Below are positions 33,473-44,232 of a stretch of DNA of 64,000 nt, piece by piece. How positions within the stretch are numbered: position 1 is the first letter of the stretch; every line of letters starts with the position of its first letter. The notes below the pieces were generated by a model. That model did no database searches. It was given only the letters and a program-made list of their open reading frames with translations, and was not told the origin of the DNA. Position numbers and translations under genes: made by a program. This stretch comes from Tetramitus jugosus (lineage: Eukaryota; Protista; Heterolobosea), in NCBI GenBank assembly GCA_937625935.1, contig OW569366.1, forward strand, positions 1 to 64,000, read 5' to 3'.

Positions 33473-35793
33473 ATGACGAGGGATATCGACATTGCTCTAC
33501 CCTTTCAAAGTTGGAGAAACAGTCCCGGTGAATGCGAAAACCATAAGACACGACGTAAGAATCCAAAGATTAAATCGCCTCTCATTCGCGATGCACTGAA
33601 AATGGCATGGAGTTTCAGTTTTGTTTTTCTGGTCGTTTTATTACTGTCATTGCTTGTCATTGGATTATCCACGTGGCTCGTGAATCGATATCTGAGACAA
33701 ACTGCAGTGAACGATCTTGCACGTAAGAATGGAGAGGCCCTCCTGGAGAGAACCATTAACATTATCCACTTTTTCACGGATCGGTTGCCCAATCACCTTC
33801 GCACTTTGAGAAGTGAGATTCAACTGGGAGATAGATATGGGTTGAACACGAGTGATCCATTGAGCACAAAAGGGCAGTTATCTCTTCTCATCATTGTAAC
33901 CAGTCAAGTTGAGTTTGTCTCATTCTCACTCATCAATTCCTTCTGGTTTGGAACGAAAGAAGAATATTTCACAGGCGTGGTAAGCACTAATTTGAATGGT
34001 TCCGACAGTCTCACTTACCAAGTATCTAATGCGAATGGAATTCTTAGCAATTATCGTCTTTCCGACAGATTAGTCATTGCTCCGAAACCATTCATGCAAA
34101 AGGATGACTATTTCCCAACGAATCGCTCTTGGTTCAAAATTGGAGAGATCAGTCCTACGTTCCAGTGGGATACTATTTCTTTTTCTGAAGAATTACCAAG
34201 CATTCTGACTGTTTCACTGTCAGGTCCATACTCGAAAGAACGAGGCGGAGAGGTGCTTGGAGTAATTGGTGGTTCTATGAACTTGTTTACCCTATCTGCT
34301 ACTCTCGGAATGTTTCCTGTGCTTCAGGATACGAGATTGTTTATTATAGATCCTAACATGTTCTTGGTTGCATCGAATACGGAAGGTCTTGCAAATTTTT
34401 CTGATCCAATCAAACCCACACTATTGGACACACGAAACAGCTTTGATTCTGTTGTACGAGATACTGCAAGAACGATACAAAACAAGTTTGGTGTGCCCTT
34501 ACACGTCAGTAACAAGACCACTTCAGAGTTGAAGTTTAAGGATTCCACGGGAATTCACCGGAGGGCAACAATGCTCGCAGTTAATGATCCATATGGTTTG
34601 GATTGGATATGTGTAACTGTGCTTTCGGAAAAGGAACTACTACGATCTGCGCGGAAAGCAACGCGAACTGCAACTATTGTAACAGTTTGTTGTATAGCTG
34701 GTTCTGTTATCATTGCGTTTTTGGTCAGCTCTCTGACTATGGTACCATTGTACAAATTATCGAGAGAACTTCAGAATATTGCCTGGATGAATTTTCAAAA
34801 CAAAAGGAAGGACAGGATACCATCATTTCATTTTTATGAGCTAGAAGTTATGGCCTCTTCGATACGCCATCTAAAACATGGTCTTCAATGTTTTGATATT
34901 TATGTTCCATCAGATGTTGTCCGAGTTCTTGTTAGGAACAATGCAAGTGCACGGTTGGGTGTTGTGAAAAGACGAATGACAATCAGTTTTGCTGATATAC
35001 AATTTAGTTACACCGAAAGAGTATCACCTCAAATAATAGTAGAAATTCTGCAAGTGATATTCACAGAATTATCTCAAATTATATCGAACAATGGCGGAGT
35101 AGTTGATAAGTACATCTCTGAGTGCCTCATGTCTCTCTTCAATGCGCCACTCCAGTTGGAACAACATGAATTATGTGCAGCCAGAGCCGCTTTGCAAATG
35201 GTTGAAGCACTTGAAGAGTTAAACAAGAGGTGGATCTCTCAAAATTATCCTCAGGTATCCATTCGAATCGGCTTGAACTCTGATACTTGCTTGGTGGGTA
35301 ATGTGGGAAGTAGGAAGAGAGTTAGCTATACTGTTCTTGGCGATGCAGTTAATGTTGCGAGTCGTTTGGTATCTCTTAATTCGCGTTATGGAACGAAAAT
35401 TGTGATTGGCCCACTCACAAGAGAAGCCATATCCAATCAATATGTTTGTCGATGGCTTTCCTCTTTGGTAGTGAAGGGAAAATCTGAGAAATGTATGTTT
35501 CTATTACTTTGTATTTCACGATGTGTCAATGAGAAAGCAAACCTAACGTCATCAATTAAGTAAATGTGTATGAGTTGCTAATTGAGAGAGAAAGAGCTTC
35601 TACAGATCAGAGTGAAAAAGAGAAGTGGTTCGAACAAGTCAAGTTATCTCTCGAAGCTAACAATTTTGAAAGAACAGCTCATCTTGTCCGCCTTTTGCGT
35701 GGCAGATACCCAGAGGATAAAGCAGCGCTAGAGCTTGAAGAACGGCTCAGGGATCCAAATTTCAACCCAGTTCTAGTTTTACTTGATAAATGA
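33473..35793 (+). CDS. Two-TM sensor (Cache-like) class III adenylate/guanylate cyclase; exons 33473-35492 and 35561-35793
   Basis: TM-sensor-TM-HAMP-like-cyclase layout; VDKYI, RIGLNSD..VGNVGS..YTVLGDAVNVASRL. Splicing restores VKGKSEKLNVYEL. Confidence 0.88.
35493..35560 (+). other. 68-bp spliceosomal intron
   Basis: GTATGT donor, CTAAC branch point at 35543-35547, TTAAG acceptor; joins the two ORFs in frame. Confidence 0.85.
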
Positions 35794-35943
35794 AAGTTCT
35801 TTACAGCTATTTATGAAAACCACCAATGAATCATCCAAGGTGATACAAGTTTTTTGTTCCAAACTGAAACTCGAACCCGCGACCACAAAACTGCCAAATC
35901 CACATTGGAAGAATTTCCTTTCCGGAGAAAAAACTTGAAAAAA

Positions 35944-37329
35944 ATGAACAACTATTCCACATGCTCCCTCGGCAAGTTACTTGTTGTCTTGTTGTTGTTC
36001 TGTAGTGCAATTACTTGTTTGTCAGCAGTACAACATTCGGCAGGGATGAGAACATTCTCATCTGATATCAATCAGTACGATCTGCCATTCATTGGAGCCG
36101 ACAACAAGTACAAACACGAGTTTGGTCAAGGTATTCTACGCGCAAGAGCAGCTGCCCATAAGCGCAAGACAAGAGTGTCTCGTCTGGAACCCATTATCCT
36201 TATTCCAGGTCTCGGTGGATCAAGACTCCAGGCAACAAAGAAGGATGTCAAGGATGAGCCGCACTGGTGGTGCGAGAAGACTACTTCTGAACCGTATAGC
36301 ATGTGGATCGCGTTGCAGAGAATGGTGCCCTATGTTACATTGGGTTGCTTCTTGCACGATTTTCAACCACATTACGATACGGAGAAACGTGTCATCTCAT
36401 CCACATCTGGTGTCACAGTCTTTCCATACAAGTTTGGTGATGTAGATGGTGTGACTTATCTCGTGGATCATTATGAAAAATTGCAGTACATGCAACCAAT
36501 GATTCAATACTTTGAAATGCATGGTTACAAGGCTGGACACTCGATCCGAGCTGCTCCCTATGATTTTCGAATGGGATTTTCAGAGTATTCTCAACCTGGA
36601 AATTACTTTGCTCAATTAAGAGATCTTGTGGAGGATACCTATGCTCGTAACAATGGGAGTAGGGTTCATTTGTTGGGTCATAGTCTCGGAGGACCTCTAG
36701 CCAACTTCTTCCTTGTCAAGTATGTGTCACAAGAATGGAAAGATAAGTACATTGCTAGTTTAATGCCTGTTGGGCCTCCCTTCGGAGGTGCTCCAATCAC
36801 TGCTGCTCTCGCCTTTACTGGAGTCAATTACGGTATTCCTACACTCAAAAATAGTGATCTCCTAAAAGTGATTAGACAATCGGGAACTATAGCAGCCATG
36901 TTCCCTCGATCAGGACCAAAAAACATACCTCTCATTCAGTCATCTCGCGGAAACTATACAACCGACAGAGTCACGCAATTTTTCAAAGATATCGGTGACC
37001 AGAGATACGTCTCATTGCTCGACCGGGAATTATCTGAAAACTTGGCTGAGGCACCGCGTGTACCAGTTTATTGTATCTATGGCCTAGGATATGCCACTCC
37101 AAGCGAATTTACGATAACAGACTTTAGTGATCCAAGTTTCGATATAACAGGAGCAGTGGATGGAGACCAGACTGTTCCTGCAGAGAGTCTCAAGCTATGT
37201 GACAAGTTTTCTGAATTGCAAGCTGAGCCTGTGAACGTTTGGTTATTCTCAAAGAATAGTAGTCATATTGAAATTATTTACAACCCAAATGTGTGGGATA
37301 AGATACTAAGTGTCACGATAAAGAATTGA
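35944..37329 (+). CDS. LCAT / lysosomal phospholipase A2 (group XV) family, secreted
   Basis: Signal peptide; ILIPGLGGSRL, AAPYDFR, GHSLGG nucleophile motif, DGDQTVP, terminal His. Confidence 0.92.
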   Translation: MNNYSTCSLGKLLVVLLLFCSAITCLSAVQHSAGMRTFSSDINQYDLPFIGADNKYKHEFGQGILRARAAAHKRKTRVSRLEPIILIPGLGGSRLQATKKDVKDEPHWWCEKTTSEPYSMWIALQRMVPYVTLGCFLHDFQPHYDTEKRVISSTSGVTVFPYKFGDVDGVTYLVDHYEKLQYMQPMIQYFEMHGYKAGHSIRAAPYDFRMGFSEYSQPGNYFAQLRDLVEDTYARNNGSRVHLLGHSLGGPLANFFLVKYVSQEWKDKYIASLMPVGPPFGGAPITAALAFTGVNYGIPTLKNSDLLKVIRQSGTIAAMFPRSGPKNIPLIQSSRGNYTTDRVTQFFKDIGDQRYVSLLDRELSENLAEAPRVPVYCIYGLGYATPSEFTITDFSDPSFDITGAVDGDQTVPAESLKLCDKFSELQAEPVNVWLFSKNSSHIEIIYNPNVWDKILSVTIKN

Positions 37330-37475
37330 ATGATTGACATTCATATTTGTTGATAATTGGGTGCTTGGAGAGAGGTAAACTTCCGTGGCTTAGCCTGTAA
37401 TAGAACTCTTACTCTGGATGCGGACACAACAACAATTCATCAGACTGATATTTTCAATATTGTTTTATTCTTCAT

Positions 37476-40400
37476 CTACTTTTTTCTCTTTTTGATACCA
37501 GTCAAACAGAATCTCATCAAATCTGAACACAAGTCATCACACTTGTCCAAGTCATTGTTGAAATCGTACAAGTCAAGATTACATAGCTCCTTGATCACAA
37601 TATCGGAATTGGTCTTTGCTCCCAAACCAATCTTGACCAATTCGACAGTGTTGTGAATATTTACGTGTTCGTCCAATTGCAACAGATATGGATGCTTCTC
37701 TCTCAGAATTTGCAAGAAAGGCAATGCTTGCATAATGGTTGCAGATCGTTCTTCTTCATCTCTCTGCTTATCAAGCGCATGTTGGTCGACAAAGATTCTA
37801 TTGGTTCTCCACATTGGGAACACCATCTTGAAATTACCAGTTTCATTGTCTCTGTACTCCTCGTAGACCTTGACCTTGTCGTTACCTGCAACGCACACCT
37901 CATGGAAATCAGGTGGTGTTTGCTTCTCAGCCTCCTCTGATTCCTCACTCTCTGGCAGAGTCAACTGATAGACGGCATTTCTGACAAGGTACCGAATGGT
38001 TGGATCAGGGTTCGTCAGAGGATACCAAATAAACATGGTGTCCGTAAAGTCAAATATCAATGGATAGTGACAATCGGTTAAATCAGCTTGCAAGATATTG
38101 TCACCCACATTACCAATATCCATCACTCTAAAGTTATTGTTGCTGGTGATGGTGCACTCAAAGACATTACCACGCTCATAGTTGATCTTGTCCACTGGGT
38201 ACTTGTCATTGACAGATATTTGACCCAGATCCTCCCAGAACTCTTCTGGCTCCTGATCTTCATCAATTGCCAAAACTCTCTTGTTACCAGTGATGATTGC
38301 CTGTGCCAGTTTGAATGCAATCTTCTTGTTGCTGGATCCGGCGTAGCTTCCTACCCAAATGTATGCAGTCTTGGTCGATACGAGAACAAAGATGTCATTG
38401 GAGTTGAGTGAGGACTTTCTTCTCACGACTTCAACGGCCTTTGAGTTGTATGATGAGCCATCCTCAGGATCAGTCTTGCAATAAATTCTGTACAGTGCAC
38501 TATCGTAGCTTTCTCTGCTGTCTGTGCTCTTGCCACGATGAATGGTCATAATATGCTCAAACACGCGCATAAAGTGCTTGCTTTCCTTTCCTTCGTACAG
38601 GGTGAGAACAACGGCTGGATTGATTGCATCAGATGCATAACCGTGGAAGTTCTCCTTCAAGATACGAGCAGCAACCTTCTTGTCACTCTCTGCTCCCTCC
38701 CAGCAGTATAGAATCTTACGAGTCAAGTAAGCAATACGCTTCTTCTTCACGTCGGCCGACTTGGTCACGAGACCGCGCTTCTCATAATCATCTTCCTCCT
38801 CGGACTGTGACTCATAGTCATAGTCTTTGTAGTCACCGTCACTCTCTTCGTCCTCTTCCTCTTCTTCCTCGTCTTCACCTTCTTCGTCTTCACCGTACAA
38901 TACATCGGCTCTGTTGAACTCGTACAAGACCAAATAGCACTCACCAGTATGGAAGTTTCCAATGTCTTCCTCTGGCACTGGTTCAGCAATATCAAAGTCG
39001 ATCACTCTCCAGACTTGAACAGTGCCGCTACCGTCATCCAACTCATCAATCAACTTCTTTTGTCTCTCGGCTTCAATGTCCAATTGACTGTACGAGTCAA
39101 AGTAACTCTGAGAATCAGTAGTCAGCTTTCTCTTGCTAATGTTACTGAGATTTTGTCTTCTCTCTTCGTATGATTCTCTGGTCTCTGTTGAGGTGTAACC
39201 AGAGAAACGTTCACGCATGAGAACAGGTTCATGACCACAGAAGAAGGAACATGTGAGCACATTGGCATTGTCTTGCTTCAATTTGGTCAACAATTGCTTG
39301 AGGAATCGTCTCTCCATTGGCAACGTATCTCTTCCCATCCATCCATACACTTCATATTGAGTCTCAATCAAATAACAGTAATGATTCTCAAACCTGTGAG
39401 CATTGAGCTCAAAGTCCTTCAATGGAACAACGTCAATCAACTTTGATTCTTCGTTGAGTCCCACTTGATGAACCACAGTGTCCAAATTGACCATGGCTGG
39501 TGAGTATTCGGGCAATGATTGACTCTCGGGCAACAGTGCAAGGAACTCTTGTGATTCAGAGCCTTGTGTCTCAATGACAACAATGCCCTCCTTTCTGTGC
39601 TCTTCATACATGATCAACTTTGCAGTTTCAATCATCTTGATTTGCAATGGTTGGAAGCACTCGGATCCCATCCAGACATAAATCTTGTCATTGGCATTCA
39701 CAATGAAAGCACTCTTCTTGTTTTGTTCATTCTGAGAGAGACCGTCCTTTGAATAACGCTTATTCCATGGTATTCTAGTGACGACAACCTTGTGTCTATT
39801 GGCATTAATCTTCTTGTGCTTTGACTTAGCTTCTTCTTCGTGCTTGTTTTCAACCAACAACAATGAAAAGACGAGCAAATGAGGCAACTCTCCTGCAGCA
39901 GGTGGTGCATTGACAGATGATGACACTTCCGATTGTGCTCTCACTGGAATACTCTCATCCGTAAAGCTCTTCTTCTCATACTTTAAATGACCACCAAACA
40001 AATCTCTAAACTCTGCACTCTCTTCATACTGCTTCTCCATGCGCAATCGTTTCATACCAGTGGTCAACTTGTCCCTCAATTCCTGAACAAGGAACGCACA
40101 AATGGCTCTCTTTTGCCAATTCGATTCTTCGCCCATCCATGTATAAATGACTCTCAAACGTTCATCCTCATTCTGAGCATTAAACGTCTTCATCACAATG
40201 TAACAATCACCTGACATGAAGCATCCCCAGTCCCAATCATCCTCCTCCAACAAGATGGGTTCCATGCCTTGCATGTGCCACACCATGACCTCATCCAACG
40301 CATAAGTCACTGTTTCAAACAACTCATCTGCTACAATCGATTCGGTCGTTGCTGCCAAAACAGCTTCCTTTGTACTCTTTTGTACCCAATCGGACAATTC

Positions 40401-41273
40401 ACCTCCAATGGATTCAATGGCTTGAGACACTTTGGATTTTTGTTGTAAAATTTTTTGTTGTGAATTTTTTTGTTCATCATCATCATCAATGGGATAAGAG
40501 AGGAATTTTCGAGGATTGACAGGCAATTGAATAGGCACGTGAACCACTTCTGAAACGTTCATCTTTCTCAATTTTCGATTCTTGCGTCTCTCTTCCTCCT
40601 CTTGTTGTCTTCTCCAGTACAATTCTTCTTCATCTGGTTCTTCTGCATAATCATCATCTTCTTTTTCATCATCTTCATCTTCATCATTACCACCACTCTT
40701 TTTATGAGTAACAATAGCTGTTGTTGTTGTGTTGTCGACAATACTTCCCTCGTACAATGGATTCTTGTAACTCACAAATTTTTGCTTTCGCGTATCAATT
40801 TCGTCTTCTAAATCTCCGACGACGGACTGTGTTTGCTTCATGTACATTTCTTCGTACATTTTGGCCAATGGATCCATCTCTTCTTCTGCTTCTTCTGTAG
40901 CTTCTTCCACCACTTTTTGTGATGACTGCTTCTTCTTCTTCGATGCTGATGATGATGTTGTTGTCGATGTTGATGTAGATGATTGTTGTTTTACATTGTT
41001 ATTTGTGGTGGCAGAAGCAGCTTGCTTCTTTTTTGCCATTAATTGTTGCAATTGAGCTTGTTGTTGCTGAATTTGAGATTGTTGACTGGCGAATGGATCT
41101 TCATCTGATGATGATGATGATGACTGTTGTTGTTTGGCTGATGTCGGAGTATTAGGTGTAGTGGGTGAAGTAGGGGTAGCTGTGACAGATGAACCAGTAC
41201 TGCTGCTGCTGCTGCTACTGTCTTCAGAGTCAGTTCCACCACGTGCTCTTCTCTTCTTGAACAAAAAACTCAT
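37476..41273 (-). CDS. Gelsolin/villin-family actin-binding protein with long low-complexity N-terminus
   Basis: Gelsolin repeats: GCFMSGDCYIV..IYTWMG, IYVWMG, GNFHTGECYLVLY, SLNSNDIFVL..AYIWVG..EPEEFWEDLG. Confidence 0.88.
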   Translation of the reverse strand: MSFLFKKRRARGGTDSEDSSSSSSSTGSSVTATPTSPTTPNTPTSAKQQQSSSSSSDEDPFASQQSQIQQQQAQLQQLMAKKKQAASATTNNNVKQQSSTSTSTTTSSSASKKKKQSSQKVVEEATEEAEEEMDPLAKMYEEMYMKQTQSVVGDLEDEIDTRKQKFVSYKNPLYEGSIVDNTTTTAIVTHKKSGGNDEDEDDEKEDDDYAEEPDEEELYWRRQQEEEERRKNRKLRKMNVSEVVHVPIQLPVNPRKFLSYPIDDDDEQKNSQQKILQQKSKVSQAIESIGGELSDWVQKSTKEAVLAATTESIVADELFETVTYALDEVMVWHMQGMEPILLEEDDWDWGCFMSGDCYIVMKTFNAQNEDERLRVIYTWMGEESNWQKRAICAFLVQELRDKLTTGMKRLRMEKQYEESAEFRDLFGGHLKYEKKSFTDESIPVRAQSEVSSSVNAPPAAGELPHLLVFSLLLVENKHEEEAKSKHKKINANRHKVVVTRIPWNKRYSKDGLSQNEQNKKSAFIVNANDKIYVWMGSECFQPLQIKMIETAKLIMYEEHRKEGIVVIETQGSESQEFLALLPESQSLPEYSPAMVNLDTVVHQVGLNEESKLIDVVPLKDFELNAHRFENHYCYLIETQYEVYGWMGRDTLPMERRFLKQLLTKLKQDNANVLTCSFFCGHEPVLMRERFSGYTSTETRESYEERRQNLSNISKRKLTTDSQSYFDSYSQLDIEAERQKKLIDELDDGSGTVQVWRVIDFDIAEPVPEEDIGNFHTGECYLVLYEFNRADVLYGEDEEGEDEEEEEEDEESDGDYKDYDYESQSEEEDDYEKRGLVTKSADVKKKRIAYLTRKILYCWEGAESDKKVAARILKENFHGYASDAINPAVVLTLYEGKESKHFMRVFEHIMTIHRGKSTDSRESYDSALYRIYCKTDPEDGSSYNSKAVEVVRRKSSLNSNDIFVLVSTKTAYIWVGSYAGSSNKKIAFKLAQAIITGNKRVLAIDEDQEPEEFWEDLGQISVNDKYPVDKINYERGNVFECTITSNNNFRVMDIGNVGDNILQADLTDCHYPLIFDFTDTMFIWYPLTNPDPTIRYLVRNAVYQLTLPESEESEEAEKQTPPDFHEVCVAGNDKVKVYEEYRDNETGNFKMVFPMWRTNRIFVDQHALDKQRDEEERSATIMQALPFLQILREKHPYLLQLDEHVNIHNTVELVKIGLGAKTNSDIVIKELCNLDLYDFNNDLDKCDDLCSDLMRFCLTGIKKRKK

Positions 41274-41623
41274 GACTAATTAATTGTTGTTTTTATCGGT
41301 GTGACTAATTAATTGTTGTTTTTTTTTTGGGTGGGAAAAAAAATGTTCAATGAGTGTCCAATAGTTGTTTTGTTTGTTGTTGTGTTTTTTTTGAATGTTT
41401 TTCAGCTGCTGTGGCTCCGATGAGTTATCTTCGTTCTCGCCCGCGTACAAGTGGAGGGTTTGTTGTCTGTGTTACTGAGGCCCAAAGGATTTGTTTCCCT
41501 GTGCTGACATTTTTTTGACGAGTGACACCTGACTGTCAATCGACGGAGTTTATATTTCTCCAGATTCAGTGGAATCATTTTTTTTTCATTGTATCATTGT
41601 TTATTTGCCTCTTCAAGATTGCT

Positions 41624-43300
41624 CTAGACCTTCAGGACTCTTCCGTCAGTTTGGGCCACAATCTTTTGGTCATTGGTCATCTTTTGCATCAGTATGCTGA
41701 CCAATGTGGGAGTCGTGTCAGGATCAACAAGATCTGGCAGCCCGGCGAACATTGAGAATTGATCTCCACCCTCGTGCAAGAAACTTGAGGTAGCCATTGA
41801 CATGACCATCTCCGGTGTAATGTCAACCAACTGATCATTGACCATTCTTTTCATGGAGATCACACGAGACCCCACAGGACGGCTTAACGAGTAAGTGATC
41901 CTGAAGCCGGAGATGACTGGAAACTTGCCGGATATTTGATCAACAGCGGACAGACCGAGCTCCACGGCAGCTGCCAGAACGGAACCATTGACAGAAACGA
42001 CGGCCAGGTTGTTTGAGAATGGGAAAATATCAAATACATCGCCCTTGGTAATCCTGGTTCCAGCGGTAATATACTTGTTACCTCTGACACCACCACCGTT
42101 TGTGAATGAAATATCTGAATTGTCATAGCTACGGAAAGCATCAGCAATGTAATCTCCAAGATTTGTCTCCATTGTTCGCATACTAAACTCTCGACCATCC
42201 AATGTCACATCTGCAGTCGCTATCTCAACCTTAAACTCCTTTCCTGCCTTTTCGTCATACTCTGCAATCAATTTCTCCATTTGAGGATCGGTTGGCATTT
42301 CGGGTGTAATTGCAATATTGGAGAAACCAACCAACGGTGCAGCAAATGAAAAATCAATCTTCACATGCCAAATATTGATCCAATCTTGGGATGCCTTCAA
42401 ATACATGGCATGACCACAGTCCATACTGGACATTGATCGATGATCATGACCTCCCACAATTAAATTAATCTCTGAAACTGCGTTAGACAGAGCACAGTCA
42501 TCGACACCAGTCTGATGAGTCAGAGCAACAATATATTGAGCTCCCTTTTCCTTCAATAGCTTCACTTGCTTCTTTGCCGCTTGAATCACATCTTCAATCA
42601 CAACAGTCTTATCTGCTGGACCAAAATCGTACAAGACACCAAACAATCCCAATTGAACAGGACCGACTTTGACCACTACATTCTCAACTGTTTTAAACGG
42701 AAGTTTCACATTGGAATTTATCCAAGTAAATGCACTCTCCTTGACTCTCTGCTCCAAATTTTGCACACCAAAATCAAACTCATGATTGCCCAGTGCAGAA
42801 TAATTGAGACCCAGGATATCATTGGCCCGAATCATTTGCTCACCATGGAACAGTGTAGACATGCTCGACGGCGACAATGTGTCACCACCACTCAACACAA
42901 GAACATGGTTTGGATACTTTCTCTTGCTCTTGACATCTTGAATGTACCGAGAGACTCTTGATGGACCACCTCTCTCTTCTCCGTCCTCTGTCTTGACCAT
43001 GTGCAGTTGATACACGTCATTGTACGTAATGAGCTCAATGTATTGACTATTGTCCAATTTTTTCGTTGCGGCATTATTTTGCTTGGCTGTAAATCTTGCG
43101 ACAGCGATCGCCAACGAAAGAATGACAATTAGTGACACGAGCACGATCACAACCAAGATTATGGTCGCAACAGGGTGTCTCATTGGGTCACTCACCTTTT
43201 TTAAAATGGATTTGTTTTCTTCATAGTCACCATGAACCATCAAGTGATCATCTCCTTCGTATTCAGCTGATCGATAATCTGTCTCGCTGTTGTTTGTCAT
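41624..43300 (-). CDS. Membrane-anchored 5'-nucleotidase / apyrase family
   Basis: NDVY, GGD, LGNHEFD, THQ, GGHDH metallophosphoesterase motifs; ETNLGDYIADA, NGGGVR, GGDQF C-domain; N-terminal TM helix. Confidence 0.92.
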   Translation of the reverse strand: MTNNSETDYRSAEYEGDDHLMVHGDYEENKSILKKVSDPMRHPVATIILVVIVLVSLIVILSLAIAVARFTAKQNNAATKKLDNSQYIELITYNDVYQLHMVKTEDGEERGGPSRVSRYIQDVKSKRKYPNHVLVLSGGDTLSPSSMSTLFHGEQMIRANDILGLNYSALGNHEFDFGVQNLEQRVKESAFTWINSNVKLPFKTVENVVVKVGPVQLGLFGVLYDFGPADKTVVIEDVIQAAKKQVKLLKEKGAQYIVALTHQTGVDDCALSNAVSEINLIVGGHDHRSMSSMDCGHAMYLKASQDWINIWHVKIDFSFAAPLVGFSNIAITPEMPTDPQMEKLIAEYDEKAGKEFKVEIATADVTLDGREFSMRTMETNLGDYIADAFRSYDNSDISFTNGGGVRGNKYITAGTRITKGDVFDIFPFSNNLAVVSVNGSVLAAAVELGLSAVDQISGKFPVISGFRITYSLSRPVGSRVISMKRMVNDQLVDITPEMVMSMATSSFLHEGGDQFSMFAGLPDLVDPDTTPTLVSILMQKMTNDQKIVAQTDGRVLKV

Positions 43301-43394
43301 TTTATGAGTTTTATGTCGTGTCGTCAAAGAGAGATCGTGCGTGTGCTTCTTTTTCGACAAGTGTGTGAATCCCCGATTTCGGTTTTTATCTCTT

Positions 43395-44069
43395 TTACAA
43401 AAGTTTTTTGAGCGGAGATATCGAACCGATATGACTTGCTGCGCACAGCGAATCGACTTGTCGTAATCTTTGCAACACTGTCTCTACATTGATGTTCCAC
43501 GAAGTGTCATAGTAAAAGACGAACCTATTCCAAAAGGAGTCATACCGATCGGATGTAATGTGCATGTGCAAATGGTTAATTGAATAGAATGGAGGCACGT
43601 GGAAGGACAGTGTTACTTCTTGTGGCTCCATTCTTTCGTGTTCTCTGGCAAACTCTAGAGCTACTTTCTTCATGTGCTCAAGAGTGGCCAAGTGTTGCGC
43701 TCCTCCTTCGCGCAACACTTGCTTGATGTTTGTAATGTGCTTGACGGGTATGACCAGATAGTGAACCGGTCCCTTGGGCTTATAATCCTTGATGACATAA
43801 CAAATTTCATCACTGTACAGCATCTTGTTCTTCCCACCAAGTACCTTTTCTTGATATTCCCTTGTCTGACAATTGCAAAAGATGCATTGGTGCACTGGAG
43901 TCAACTCTGGATCCTTCTTTCCCAGTAACCATGTCTGAACGAGCCACAAGAGATGATAACCTATCGCTCCAAAGGTCAGAAACACATGAGAGAAGAACCA
44001 GTTGCCAGGAGCGTACTTTGACGACACACTGGACGATGATTGATGATCATCATTCGTCGAGGTGTTCAT
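43395..44069 (-). CDS. HIT-family nucleotide hydrolase (HINT3-like)
   Basis: CIFC, DYKPKGPVHYLVIPVKHI, FHVPPFYSINHLHMH histidine triad. Confidence 0.9.
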   Translation of the reverse strand: MNTSTNDDHQSSSSVSSKYAPGNWFFSHVFLTFGAIGYHLLWLVQTWLLGKKDPELTPVHQCIFCNCQTREYQEKVLGGKNKMLYSDEICYVIKDYKPKGPVHYLVIPVKHITNIKQVLREGGAQHLATLEHMKKVALEFAREHERMEPQEVTLSFHVPPFYSINHLHMHITSDRYDSFWNRFVFYYDTSWNINVETVLQRLRQVDSLCAASHIGSISPLKKLL

Positions 44070-44232
44070 CTTTCGTTGGGAAGAATGAAAAAAGATGTTC
44101 TGAAGGGCAATCTGGAAGAAAAAGAATTTGTTCGCTTTATATTTCCGCTCACTTCAGGCGGATAAATAGATGAAAATGCGAGTGCAAAGGGGAACTTGTG
44201 TGAAGCAAAACACGGGAAAGCTCAAGGAATTC

